Made by a program: the position numbers and the translations under genes. A stretch of 63,252 bases of DNA, filler included, from Stramenopiles sp. TOSAG23-2 (lineage: Eukaryota), in assembly GCA_900128395.1 (NCBI GenBank). It is 13 parts of 13 records of this genome, joined end to end, with 100 filler letters (N's around TTAATTAATTAA, not from the genome) between each part and the next. Parts side by side here need not be neighbours in the genome. Positions count along the whole stretch, not along the records: positions 41,481 to 47,296 come from LT650588.1; positions 47,397 to 53,210 come from LT650589.1; positions 53,311 to 59,097 come from LT650590.1; 10 more parts are not named here. One strand, 5' to 3'. The notes under the pieces were generated by a model, which had not been told where the DNA came from, made no database searches, and saw nothing but the letters and a program-made list of their open reading frames with translations. This document shows positions 43,130 to 54,388 of the stretch, in pieces (within the stretch, counting starts at the first letter, position 1; each line of letters starts with the position of its first letter).

Positions 43130-43783
43130 TTAATAAAAGAATAGATATCATATTAATGATATATATATATATATATATATGCATATATCATATGATTATA
43201 ATTAATACGAACTTTGTATGCATATTACTTATATTATTTATGTGCGAATATACATATAAATATGGACCCACATTTTCATATGGTGATGATGGGAGAGGGT
43301 ATCAAAAAAATCTGAAAAAGAAAAGTGCAAAATTACAATTTGTTTTTTTTAAAAGACCATAGCGAGAGAACGAACATGCAAACTTGTACGTGTACAACAA
43401 TATTGTGTGTGTGTAAGAGTGTTATACAGAGTACGTCGTATGATACGTACGTATAATATTTTAGGAAAGAGTACAAAACGTGTATACGTATTTGATTATT
43501 TTAAAAAAACCGCATATTTATATGGTCAGGTAATATAAAAAACAGATTTTTATAAATGTACGGAAAAATATTTATGATACTCATAAAAATCAATAATATT
43601 TTTATTTTTAAAATAATCCCCTATCATACGTACCAAGTACTTTGCGTGTTACACATTTTTAAAAATATAAAAATATAGTATATGGTCGTATCATATGATA
43701 TGCCTAAATGATATGTCATACGAGCGTATAAAATATGCATACATATATAAAAAAAAGATATATAATGCCATCATTAATAAAAA

Positions 43784-46444
43784 TTAAATCTGTTCACCAC
43801 CTTTATCCATCCATTCATTTCTTTCTGGTCTTCCTTTCTTGTGCCTATCATACACACGTTGAATTAAAATAGTACCAAGCGCACCAATCATAATCATTGC
43901 AATAGAGATAGCAATGATACCCCATAAACCGATTTGCATTAAAAAATTTAAGATACGAGCCTCACATGCTTCTTTTTCACCATCACCAACTGCATCGTTA
44001 TCTTTCTCAATAGGAGCAATAGTTGCGTCTGGGTTAGGTGTAGGTGGATCTTGCGGATCTATTGGCGCAACTGGATTGCTTGGTGGTTGTGGAGCAGAAC
44101 GTGTTTTTGCTTGTAATCCTGCAAAGTGTCTTTGCTCCGGCACTTCCCCAGCACTTTCTGGCGTACAATCTTTATCTGTCGGAGATGTTAATGCCCCTTT
44201 CACGCAAATGTTCATACGCATATCACGATTACTAAAATTATTATTACGTGTGCTCATACCGGCAAATTTACCTTTTCTTGCAGCATTCATCAAACCACCA
44301 TCAAAATATGGTTTAACGGCTGCATTCAATTTTGCACAATTTTGTGGATGGTTTTCTCTTTGGTTATTGTTATTAATATTATTCAATTCTGTTTGAGTTA
44401 AACAGTTCAATCCAGCTGCTTTCAACGGTGAATCTGCAGCATCTTGATTAATGTATGCTAATTTCCATACATCCGCACCAGAAAATGGTGTTTTTGCAAT
44501 ATTTTCTTGAGCTGTTAATGATGTTTCCAATAAATCAACGGTATCTGTTGGTTTTGCACCTAATGGAGCATTGTAACCAACAGCATCTGTAAATACCAAG
44601 TTTGCACGGTCCGCACGAGAGTTTTGATTTGCAGCATTGATTGCTTGTTGGCTGAAAGGCGCGCATCCTTGGCAATCTGGAGGGCCACCTTCCCCATTGT
44701 TACACCCACGTTGTGGATTGTAATCACTTCCAGTCCATTGTGCATGGACTTGATCTCCGGTTCCTAATGTCAATTGATTTGGTGCAAAATCATATTCAAC
44801 CGCTGGGTACGTTTGTACAATGTTACCACGTTTACCACGTACGGACATTGAAACAATTGATTGCGTTGCCGGTATATCCGCCGGACGTGCTCTGATTTCA
44901 AATACGTAGGAACGATCTTGAAACGTTCTTGAATATTGATTCGTATTCAATGCCAATGATAAAATTTCATTATTCTCACCAACTTTCACATATGGATCTT
45001 GCGTCATGGCAGGGAAGGAATATGCGGTACACGGTTGGTCATTGTTTGCATTGTCACCTCTGCAATTTGCTGTACTGTCAATACCTGGTGCACCAGTGAA
45101 TTTTGGTGTCGTTGCATCGGATAAGTATCGATTGCCATTTTCCCATGCCGGGTAATCGTACGTTGTAATATTATATCTTAACCTCAATACGCAATTTTGA
45201 TTTGGTGTGTTTGGTATTGCAAATGGAAATGATGTGGCACCAAGGGAATTACCAAAGTGCGCATCAAACATACGACCATCCCATGTTTTGAACGTTTTCG
45301 TACTTTGCCCTGCTGGACAATTTGAATCACCATTTGTTTTCAATGCCGCATATGTACGAACAGTTGAATGGTCTGTACAGATTTCTTTCATACAAACTTG
45401 ATCACTATTTGGACCACAATTTGCATCCGTTGTTACTTTCGTAAATGCAGCAGCTCCATTACCCAATTGATTTACTCTTGAATATTCCCCTTGTACAACT
45501 TCCATCGGTGGTGACGGTGGTCCATTAAAATCAGGTGCATATTGTGTTGCAGTCCATGTATGGCCATTGCTATTGCATTGCGCTTCATTATTGTACCAAT
45601 CTCGCTGTTGCCTTTTCTGGGTGAAATCTGCCTGTGCTTGCGCGCTTGCACCGGCAACACACATACCTCTTGCATTAGCAGCGACGTTTTGTGAGTTATC
45701 TTGATAATATTTCAATTTCTCTGCGCTATAATCAGAGGTAATGACAGCAATATCTCTCCATGGGGAAGGTCTCCAATATGGATAATAATCACGCTCCTCA
45801 GGGCATTCCAAACCATTACGATTACCATTATTATTTTGTCTGGTTGCACGCGCATCGTTTCTATTTAAATTTTGATCGGATGTGAACAAACCTTTGTTAC
45901 GCTCAGTTCTTTGGCACTCTTGATAATTTGCAAATGATTCATGCATCCCAAAACGTTTCGTAGCTTGAGTACCTGGTGTTGCAGAATCAACATTATCTGG
46001 AATTTGATCCGTTGCTGCATCGTTGCCATCTTGAGGTATACCATCCCTAGGTGTACCGACTGTACCATCTGCTGCATTAAATTGCCCTGATGGATCCAAC
46101 GTATCCGTACATGCATATTGCAAAACAACTTCAGAATGTAAATTTTTATTGTCACCACCACCATGTTGGTTCGTCCATTCCAAAGGAATCTTTTCCCCAA
46201 CATAATAATACATATTTGGTGTTTGTGCAGCAGCTGCTTGACCACCAACTGCACGCGGGCATGCATAACCACCTTTTGCATTATTTTGCGAATCAAACAA
46301 ACGGTTACCATTGTTACGATTTACATTACGCTCACAATTACGATCATTGGAACCACGCATATTATGCATGTATACGTCTGCAAATGCAGTGGATACTACA
46401 AGGGTTCCAACAAGAAATGCAATAAGTAAAGTATGTTGTTTCAT
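43784..46444 (-). CDS. DD3-3-like secreted/type I membrane protein
   Basis: Signal peptide from the ATG at 46444. DVYMHNMRGSN...RLFDSQNNAKGGY, EWTNQHG, GLECPEERDYYPYWRPSPWRDIA, CVLRLRYNIT, RTFQDRS and VRGKRGNIVQTYPAVEYDF recall Dictyostelium DD3-3 family motifs. C-terminal TM helix. Confidence 0.85.
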   Translation of the reverse strand: MKQHTLLIAFLVGTLVVSTAFADVYMHNMRGSNDRNCERNVNRNNGNRLFDSQNNAKGGYACPRAVGGQAAAAQTPNMYYYVGEKIPLEWTNQHGGGDNKNLHSEVVLQYACTDTLDPSGQFNAADGTVGTPRDGIPQDGNDAATDQIPDNVDSATPGTQATKRFGMHESFANYQECQRTERNKGLFTSDQNLNRNDARATRQNNNGNRNGLECPEERDYYPYWRPSPWRDIAVITSDYSAEKLKYYQDNSQNVAANARGMCVAGASAQAQADFTQKRQQRDWYNNEAQCNSNGHTWTATQYAPDFNGPPSPPMEVVQGEYSRVNQLGNGAAAFTKVTTDANCGPNSDQVCMKEICTDHSTVRTYAALKTNGDSNCPAGQSTKTFKTWDGRMFDAHFGNSLGATSFPFAIPNTPNQNCVLRLRYNITTYDYPAWENGNRYLSDATTPKFTGAPGIDSTANCRGDNANNDQPCTAYSFPAMTQDPYVKVGENNEILSLALNTNQYSRTFQDRSYVFEIRARPADIPATQSIVSMSVRGKRGNIVQTYPAVEYDFAPNQLTLGTGDQVHAQWTGSDYNPQRGCNNGEGGPPDCQGCAPFSQQAINAANQNSRADRANLVFTDAVGYNAPLGAKPTDTVDLLETSLTAQENIAKTPFSGADVWKLAYINQDAADSPLKAAGLNCLTQTELNNINNNNQRENHPQNCAKLNAAVKPYFDGGLMNAARKGKFAGMSTRNNNFSNRDMRMNICVKGALTSPTDKDCTPESAGEVPEQRHFAGLQAKTRSAPQPPSNPVAPIDPQDPPTPNPDATIAPIEKDNDAVGDGEKEACEARILNFLMQIGLWGIIAISIAMIMIGALGTILIQRVYDRHKKGRPERNEWMDKGGEQI

Positions 46445-47020
46445 GCTGCTATTGTTGCTGTTGTTGTATTTTTGTGTTTTTGTTTGAAATAAACTATTAA
46501 AAAGTCTTACCTTTTCGATATTCAAATATTTTATATACTTTCGTATGTCTGTATTATATATTATGAACTATTAAATCGTCTTGTTCTCTTTGTTGGTATA
46601 ATATATCTCTTCTACATATATCTCTTTATATATATATGCGGATTATTAGCAGGTAAATATAGGGAATAATAGAATTGAAATATTGGAGGTTCGTGCGTGT
46701 GGCACATTTGGACAAATCTTCGTTGTGGCTCGTTTTGTGATTGGTATTTTAATTTGTGATTTATGGTATAATGGTATATAGCGCGGTATAGCTAGTAGCT
46801 AGTGGGTAGTGTAGACTATCATGTATTTTGATAGGGGATTAATGTGCCGCATGTGCTGTGTGCGTGCTGTTGTCCGAGCATCATGATTTCGACCAGTGAT
46901 CTTCATAGGAATGTGCACATGTCAAACAACAAAAAGGATTCCATTAAATATGTTTCATATGGCATGCAATAAAACCTTTCCAATGTTCCTGCTGGAACAC
47001 AAAGAAAAAGCATTAAATGA

Positions 47021-47248
47021 TTACTGTACATTTTTACATGTGTCAACTAAGTCATCACCAGTTTGTTCAACATTTTTCTTACCAAAAACTAAAACCAAAA
47101 TATCAAAATCTGTATTACCATATGGATAACGTTTGCTAGCATTTCTACCTGCACTACGGTATAATTGTACACCAACACCATTTGATAAATCACTTTTGGA
47201 TTTAAATTGAAAACGCTTTTCAGCATTTTCCCCAGTAAAATACTTTGT
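47021..47248 (-). pseudogene. Start-less ORF fragment resembling a PD-(D/E)XK nuclease-like domain
   Basis: Manual translation ...EKRFQFKSKSDLSNGVGVQLYRSAGRNASKRYPYGNTDFDILVLVF... shows RxQxK...PY...DFD spacing. In-frame stop just upstream; close to the contig edge. Confidence 0.3.
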
Positions 47249-47626
47249 TTAACGGTGTGGGAGGATTAACAACGGAATATGCTTACGATCTAAATGNNNN
47301 NNNNNNNNNNNNNNNNNNNNNNNNNNNNNNNNNNNNNNNNTTAATTAATTAANNNNNNNNNNNNNNNNNNNNNNNNNNNNNNNNNNNNNNNNNNNNGCCC
47401 ACCCAAATAGCAACTTGATTAACGAGCCGCCCACACCGGCTCATATCAACATAATGTCCACTCTGTAATAAAAAGTGGTGTGTTACACTAATTTTTGTAA
47501 TCATTATTACGAGGAAGTATAAAAATGTATACTATTCGTATATTTTAAGTGTAATTAATGCATATTATCTGTTTTTTTACTCAGATATTATATATAATCG
47601 TATGATATTATATATCATATCATAGT

Positions 47627-49114
47627 CTAAAGCACACTCTTCTTTTGAATAGTCGCTGCTAGATTTTTATCTTTATACATTGGATTATTTATTATTTCAC
47701 TATTATGTAATACACTTACATCGTTGTTAATTTTTTTTTCCTTCTGATTATTATTTATATTATTATCAGCAGCAGCAGCAGCAGTAATTCCTTCTTCATA
47801 TTCTTGTATTTCCACCGTTGTTGTCGTACTTTCTTCTATTATTGTTGCATCATCACTTTCATTTTTATTACTATCATTATTATTATTATTATTATTATCT
47901 GTTTTACTTCGATTTAGTCGCAAATTTAATAAACCATCATCATAATTCATGGACTTTTCTTCTTCAGTTTCATTAGATAAATCTTGTTTCCAGTAACAAT
48001 AATATAAACATGGGAATACACGACTTCGAATTGTACCTTCTAATACTCGAACACCAATAAGCATCAACCATAATTCCACTATTTTATATAAAATACTAAA
48101 AATAGCGTAATGGTATGGCGTATACGGATTGTAAAATGTACGTGTCCGCACGATAACAACTACAAATATATACAATATAAATAAACCTAATCCTTTCGAC
48201 ATATAAAAGCTAAGGACGCGGATTAACTCAATTCTCTTAGCTTGTAATTGGGTTCGTCTACTAATACTTCTATCCCCCTTTTGTTGTACTTCATTCTTTT
48301 CGTGTTGCTTTAATAGTTGTACGATATGATAAGCATAATAAATACATGCAAAACCGGCTAAAATAGCATACAAAGCTATTAAATATTGGTGGAATATATT
48401 TTTTATTAAAATAGGAGTTCCAATAACCAAAGCAGAAATGATTGTACCTATCAAAGCAGCAAATGTAAAACAATAAAATCCATTCCTAAGGATAATAAAC
48501 AAAGGCATTCCGCCAATTAAAACATTGCCAAAGCTACGAGTCCGTCGTAAACTTCCTCCACTACCCATTTTACTAGTAATATGTCCAAATTGATGAAACA
48601 TATTGATAGCAATAAAAACTGCAATCCACGAGGAAAAATTCAAACACTCTTTCCATTGAACTGGTAAATCGAAAAAAAATACATCTCGGATTAATTTAAC
48701 AAAACAGTAAACGAAAGTTAGGACAAGCGTTCGTATTGCATAATTACCAAATATACTGATCTTTATATATTCCATAACTGTTTTTGGCTTTTTAAGTCTT
48801 GGTAATCTATCAATATATTCATTTATTTTTTGTTTTAACGTTTTAATTATTGCAACTGCAAAGAATAATAGACTTGGTACATGGATCCCATATTGTATGA
48901 AATAGGGCCAAATTAAATTCGTATAGAGATGTACACATTTTGTCTTTTCTATATCTTGGAAATAATAATTATTTATACATGTGCATTTCTTTTCTTCGAT
49001 TTCACAAAATGCTAATATAGAATTTGTTGCTTGATTATATGTTGGACATTCCATATCACAATTGGTTACGTTAGTTTTAATATATGACCATTTTCCTTCT
49101 TCTTCAGCCATCAT
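47627..49114 (-). CDS. Seven-transmembrane (GPCR-like) protein with an N-terminal EGF-like Cys cluster
   Basis: CDMEC...C..CTC...C cluster, seven hydrophobic segments, basic loop between TM5 and TM6, Cys-rich CLYYCYW after TM7, Asn-rich tail. Confidence 0.7.
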   Translation of the reverse strand: MMAEEEGKWSYIKTNVTNCDMECPTYNQATNSILAFCEIEEKKCTCINNYYFQDIEKTKCVHLYTNLIWPYFIQYGIHVPSLLFFAVAIIKTLKQKINEYIDRLPRLKKPKTVMEYIKISIFGNYAIRTLVLTFVYCFVKLIRDVFFFDLPVQWKECLNFSSWIAVFIAINMFHQFGHITSKMGSGGSLRRTRSFGNVLIGGMPLFIILRNGFYCFTFAALIGTIISALVIGTPILIKNIFHQYLIALYAILAGFACIYYAYHIVQLLKQHEKNEVQQKGDRSISRRTQLQAKRIELIRVLSFYMSKGLGLFILYIFVVVIVRTRTFYNPYTPYHYAIFSILYKIVELWLMLIGVRVLEGTIRSRVFPCLYYCYWKQDLSNETEEEKSMNYDDGLLNLRLNRSKTDNNNNNNNDSNKNESDDATIIEESTTTTVEIQEYEEGITAAAAADNNINNNQKEKKINNDVSVLHNSEIINNPMYKDKNLAATIQKKSVL

Positions 49115-49615
49115 CTATTTTTTTTCTTCGTTGTTCTAAACTATTGATCACAAAATAAAAAAGGCACCAAACTAAACTTTAAAAGATAAGCACAAGATTA
49201 TATTCTATATATTGCATTCGAAACAACGTAGAAACAGGAGTGCACTGAAAAGCTTCTGCTGTAAGGCACATGTGATCACGTGCATCTATCCAATATATAT
49301 ATATATTTATTGTTTGTCGCCCAACAACAACAAAAAAAAATTCAAGTCGCCGTCGTCGCGTCGTGTCCAACAAAATATAAATATTAAGGTATTATACAGA
49401 TAACGTTTAATTTATATACATAGTAACACATATAATAATACATGGAAATAATATCAACTAGGAACATATAATTACTCTATAAGAATACATATAAAATAGA
49501 AACAAGAAGCTTCACTTCGTATGAAGAAGTATGAATTTTCCATGTGTTCAATTATTTTTTATATTATTACGTGTACATCTTCTTCTTGGTCATTCCATTG
49601 GCTTTTTTCTTTTTT

Positions 49616-49890
49616 CTATGTCATGATTTCCATTTCTACATCGTCTGGTAATTTTGGTGTTGGTAAAAAAGAACCTGGTGGTGGTAATAATTCTGCTGGG
49701 AATTCTTCTGGTTCCCTTACCATATTGATCTTTTTTGATTGATTAGATAATTTCTCGTTTACTTTGCTATAATTCTTTGATTCTTCATCATCTGGTAAAC
49801 TAATATACATTTTCTTTTTCTTCTTCGTTTTTCTTGCTTTATTATTTGCTTTTTTACGACTTTTTTCACTTCCATGCATTCCACCATATG
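49616..49890 (-). pseudogene. Orphan 3' gene fragment (Lys/Pro-rich, cytosolic-tail-like)
   Basis: Coding-like frame YGGMHGSEKSRKK...ELLPPPGSFLPTPKLPDDVEMEIMT with no room for a 5' part or promoter. Abuts the opposite-strand fragment at about 49885-49890. Confidence 0.35.
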
Positions 49891-50379
49891 TCTGCAAATC
49901 AATTTACTGGTACGAGTTGTACAAATTGGAAGCAATGCAATAATAATGAATACATTTCATTTAATGGCAATCGTACATTTGATCGTATTTGTTTGATGAC
50001 ACCAACAACAACAACAGCTGCACCATCAACGTTAGCGGCGACAACCTCAGCTATAAGATCTACCTCATCGACGTTATCAGCCACAACAACATCTGCATCA
50101 GTTACTCCGTCCAAATCTACTACAGCAGCACCATCAGCAACAATAAATGGAACCACAATATCATACGTAGCATTTACATCAGCACCAACGGAGGCTAACA
50201 CGATTGCAACCACAACAGTACCAGCAACAGTTACATCAACAACGACAAAGGAAAATACTCGTAGATCACGTTCAGCAAATAAATTGGGTGAAGATGATGA
50301 AGGAAAATTATCCTCTTGTAGTATAAATACGATGTCAACAATTTCAATTATTATCGTATGCATGTTTATAATTTTTTAA
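49888..50379 (+). CDS. 3' fragment of a mucin-like surface protein (TNFR-like Cys module, Thr/Ser/Ala stalk, C-terminal hydrophobic GPI-like signal)
   Basis: CTNWKQCNNNEYISFNGNRTFDRIC, TTTAAPST repeats, terminal STISIIIVCMFIIF. No signal peptide, so probably 5'-truncated. Confidence 0.55.
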   Translation: MSANQFTGTSCTNWKQCNNNEYISFNGNRTFDRICLMTPTTTTAAPSTLAATTSAIRSTSSTLSATTTSASVTPSKSTTAAPSATINGTTISYVAFTSAPTEANTIATTTVPATVTSTTTKENTRRSRSANKLGEDDEGKLSSCSINTMSTISIIIVCMFIIF

Positions 50380-50741
50380 TAGTCAAATTTGTAGATTTTT
50401 GTAAGTACGGACGGTTCGTATAATCTAGATGAAAAAGAAAAAGAAGAGATTTTTTGACGATCCCCCAAAATTAAGAAAATTTTGGTTCGCTCGTACAATG
50501 AAAAATGAAACACACACATATTTTAAATTACGAGTACACTAAATAAACATTTTAAAACACAACACATTATGTTGTCAATTATTTAAAAAAATATGACATA
50601 CGTGCGTAAAAATATTCGCGCTTTTTTTTATCTTTTTGATTATAATATATATAAAAAGTTTTTTATATATAAAAAACGCATTTTTAGTTTTTTGTTTCAA
50701 TCTTCATCTTCTCCTTTTCTTCCTCCTGTCTTACGTACAAC

Positions 50742-53180
50742 TTACAAACTCATTGCAGATTCCAACATTTTTTCATAATCTGGGGTACCTAATCCAGATA
50801 CAGGATCATATCCTTTCGTGCAATTAAATCCATATGGTAATGAAAATGTCCCCCTTCCAATTGCATTATCACCCTTCACAATATCGGTTAAAATACTTGG
50901 ATTTGCATAAAGCCATGGATTTAAATAACCTAATGCAGGCTTTCCATTACTTAAACGAGCTTCGTTTAATAATGAAATGACTGCTGCAAATGTTGGTGCA
51001 GATGCAGAAGTTCCACCAACTGGTTGTGTTCGTCCACCAGTAATCACTTCAAACCCTTCACCTAATGCGGCAACATCTGGTGTGGCACGGCCAGTTTTGT
51101 TAAATAAATCACTTGGTGGTAACTGCGGTGCAACTTTGAAATAATTTGCAATATCTTCTTCCTGATCTTTAAATGCATCAAACATACTTGAAAATCCGCC
51201 ACCACTTCCAAATTGATCTGTTGCCATCTCTTCATTGCCAACTTTTTGATCAACAAAACGTGTTGAACCTACTGCCGTAACCCATGGGCTTGACGCTGGC
51301 CATGATGGATACAATGGTGTTGCTTTTGGTGTACCGCCTGGAGTGTAACTTGTTGCTTCTGCATTTTTTTTCGTTGAAGTAACTTTGGAAAAAGATGTAC
51401 ATGTCGTGTTCAATGTTGGTGGGGCTTTACTTAACGAAATCGCGCCTTTTTTTGATGTAGTTCCCGTTATGGATTCATACAACGTACAATTACCTTGCGT
51501 TGGATCATCCTCTTTTGGTGTAAATGTCCATCCAGCAATTTTTTTCACTTCATTGTTAATATCTTTAGCAAAATCACAACATCCCAATGTAGATTGAAAG
51601 ATATTTTCAAATGCTTTTGTTCCAGTTATTGCTTTATCTTGTTCATATTTTCCAGGATCACAGTATTTTTCAGTTGGCTTTGGACCTTCTATGAATGTCC
51701 ATGCATTTGCGCCACTTGCAAAACAACATTGAAATGCATCTTGTACACCAGCAAATTTCGATGCTACTTCACCTTCATATGCAGTGCCTTTTGTACCAGT
51801 AGATGGTGAGCAAGTTGGTCGGGGTGGTGCATATCCACTTCCACTATCACCACTAGCAAATATAATAGTAATACCTTTTGCTGCTAATTTTGCAAAATCA
51901 TTATCGACATCTGTTACATCATCTTCTTTGCATCCAATTTGTTTTAAATTACCTTGCCATCCATATGAAACGGAAGTTACCAATGGCACATCATCATTTG
52001 ATAATAACATACCTGTCCAATTTTTTAAATCGCCACAAAAATCATTTGAAGCGAAATACCAAAATTCTGTTTTCACTCCAGGTGCCTGTGTTGTGTGTAA
52101 TATTATTTAAAAAAAAAAAAGTGAATAATAAAATAAATAAAATGTTGTTAGAAATATATATATATATATATTTATTAATAATAATACGATTTTCAGGTAA
52201 AAAACGAAACGATTTTGTAGTGGGAAAATATGATATGTTATATATATATATATGCATCTACTTACTACACCCATAATATATTGAATATCTAATGATGCTT
52301 CAACACCAGGATTACCTTCACCTGGATCACCAACAAATTTATATACTTTATCATCCCCAGGTGCGGCTTTAGGTACATATGTTTTGAAAAATTGAGTTAA
52401 ATCACTATCTTTCATCGTTTGCCCTTGAAATTCTGCTACTGCTTGTCGATTTTTTGAATCACCGCTTACTTTTGCATCTTTAATATTGTAAACTTGTTCA
52501 ATAACAGATGGTGTAACACTTGCTGGTTGTGCAGGTGGAGCTTGTTGTTTTTTTTCGTTTTTTTGCATTTGTTGTTTTCGTGGTGGTAATGGTAAACCAT
52601 GTAAACCATAAATACTTTGTACTAATACATCAATATATTTTGGCAAATAAAAATCTTGTGCACGTAATAATATTTGTGTTGTTTTTTTCATATTTTGTAA
52701 TAAATATAATTTTGTTTTAAATAAATTTTCAACAACATATCCAGTATCGCAAGTAACTTCAAGTATTTCTTTTAAAACATTTACATTACATTTGTTGAAG
52801 GATTCTTTTTCAATAAATGTTTGTACTATCCTAATATCATCATTATTTGGTAGTGTTAAGTCATCAATTTCCTTTTGTGTTAAATATTCTCCATATTTTT
52901 CATGTTTTGGATTAGAGCGTTCAAGTGCAATTTCTTTTAAAAATTTCATATTACGTTGTTTTAATGATAAACGAAATTTATATGGTTGTTTCATGTGTTG
53001 TGGGAGGATCATATTAGTAGTACTTGCTGTTGTTGTACTGCTTAATACTTTCCATTCATTTGTATTGTGTAAATATTTTGGATGTAATACATTATTATTA
53101 TTATTATTACTATCATCAGCATAGGTGATTGTTGTTGTTGCCAATAACAATACGAGTAGTATGGTAATTGTACGTATCAT
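50742..53180 (-). CDS. TPP1: Sedolisin (peptidase S53, tripeptidyl-peptidase 1-like); exon 1 52266-53180, intron 52086-52265, exon 2 50742-52085
   Basis: Signal peptide, pro-domain SNPKHEKYGEYLT, catalytic EASLDIQY, ASGDSG, GGTSASAP and Ca-site GYDPVSGLGTP. Splice GTA|GTAAGT...CTAAC...CAG|GCA gives YIMGV-APGVKTEFW. Confidence 0.93.
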
Positions 53181-53310
53181 GATACTAATTTATTTATTTT
53201 TTTATTAAAANNNNNNNNNNNNNNNNNNNNNNNNNNNNNNNNNNNNNNNNNNNNTTAATTAATTAANNNNNNNNNNNNNNNNNNNNNNNNNNNNNNNNNN
53301 NNNNNNNNNN

Positions 53311-54071
53311 TTGTTGTTTTTGTCATCATTTTGTACATTTTTGTTATAAATTTTAAATATATCAGTCATTGTACGTTGATAAATATGTAAATATTTAATC
53401 TCATCATGAATATACATGGGATCTACGTGATCAAAATTATTATTACTATTACTGCTGTTATTGCTGGAACTGAAATAATTAGAATGATAATTGTACCCAT
53501 CATTGTAACTTCCTTTTTTAACTAAATTTGTGCTTAATACTGTCATTACTTTTTTTTGTAATTTAAATGAAAAATATGCACGTGCATTTTCAACAAGTGA
53601 TAATACACATGAAAAAATTTTGTGATTTGGAAAATACGAATCAAAATTCTCAATAACAATCAATTCATATAATTCTGAAACCATATGCACGTTGGAAAAA
53701 TATTCAATCATATTTCGGTAACTACTATTATTTTGTTCAATACCAAAATATTTCATATCAATTTTATTTAGATAAGGAGGTACACGATTCCATGACCATG
53801 ACGACTTCAAAGTCGACGACGATTGTTGAGTATTTATACATTGATAAGGTAACTTTTTATACAATCGTTGCTGATCAGTTACAAACAATACACGACCACC
53901 TGTTTCAGCCACTTTACATGCCATTTTAAATAGAATACTTGTTTTCCCAGATGATACAGGACCTGCTATTAAAATATTTTGTTGTGCATCAGTATTATTA
54001 TTGTTTACGTTTTGATTATTATTTTCATAAATGTTTTTGTCATCAAATAAATACGATTTCAAAAGACTCAT
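53311..54071 (-). CDS. SWSAP1: SWSAP1-like RecA/RadA-fold ATPase (Shu complex), 3' end cut by contig edge
   Basis: Walker A LIAGPVSSGKTSILF, then RVLFVT, LNKIDMKY and degenerate Walker B LIVIENFDSYF, following the SWSAP1 pattern. Confidence 0.65.
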
Positions 54072-54206
54072 CGTATTTATCTTTGTATATTGTTAAACTG
54101 TTAGACGTGATAGAACGTGATGTTTTTTATTAACACGATGTTGATATAGTATAAATGGAAGGAAATATCTCTTTCTTTCGTTTCCTGTGTCTCTCTCTCT
54201 CTATAT

Positions 54207-54388
54207 ATATATGGAGGTCGTCTATATTCATTTTGTTCGTAAACAAATTAATTTATATACAGTACATGTTTATGTTGAATATTATAATAAATTCAATATA
54301 TATGGAGGTCGTCTATATTCATTTTGTTCGTAAACAAATTAATTTATATACAGTACATGTTTATGTTGAATATTATAATAAATTCAAT
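54207..54388. repeat. Exact tandem repeat, 91 bp x2
   Basis: ATGGAGGTCGTCTATATTCATTTTGTTCGTAAAC...AAATTCAATA starts at 54211 and 54302. Confidence 0.92.

Noticed and set aside
54207-54388. Direct repeats as a possible CRISPR array (also 59713-59828 and 7646-8038)
   Set aside because: Only 2-3 adjacent copies with no unique spacers, no cas genes, and a eukaryotic context.
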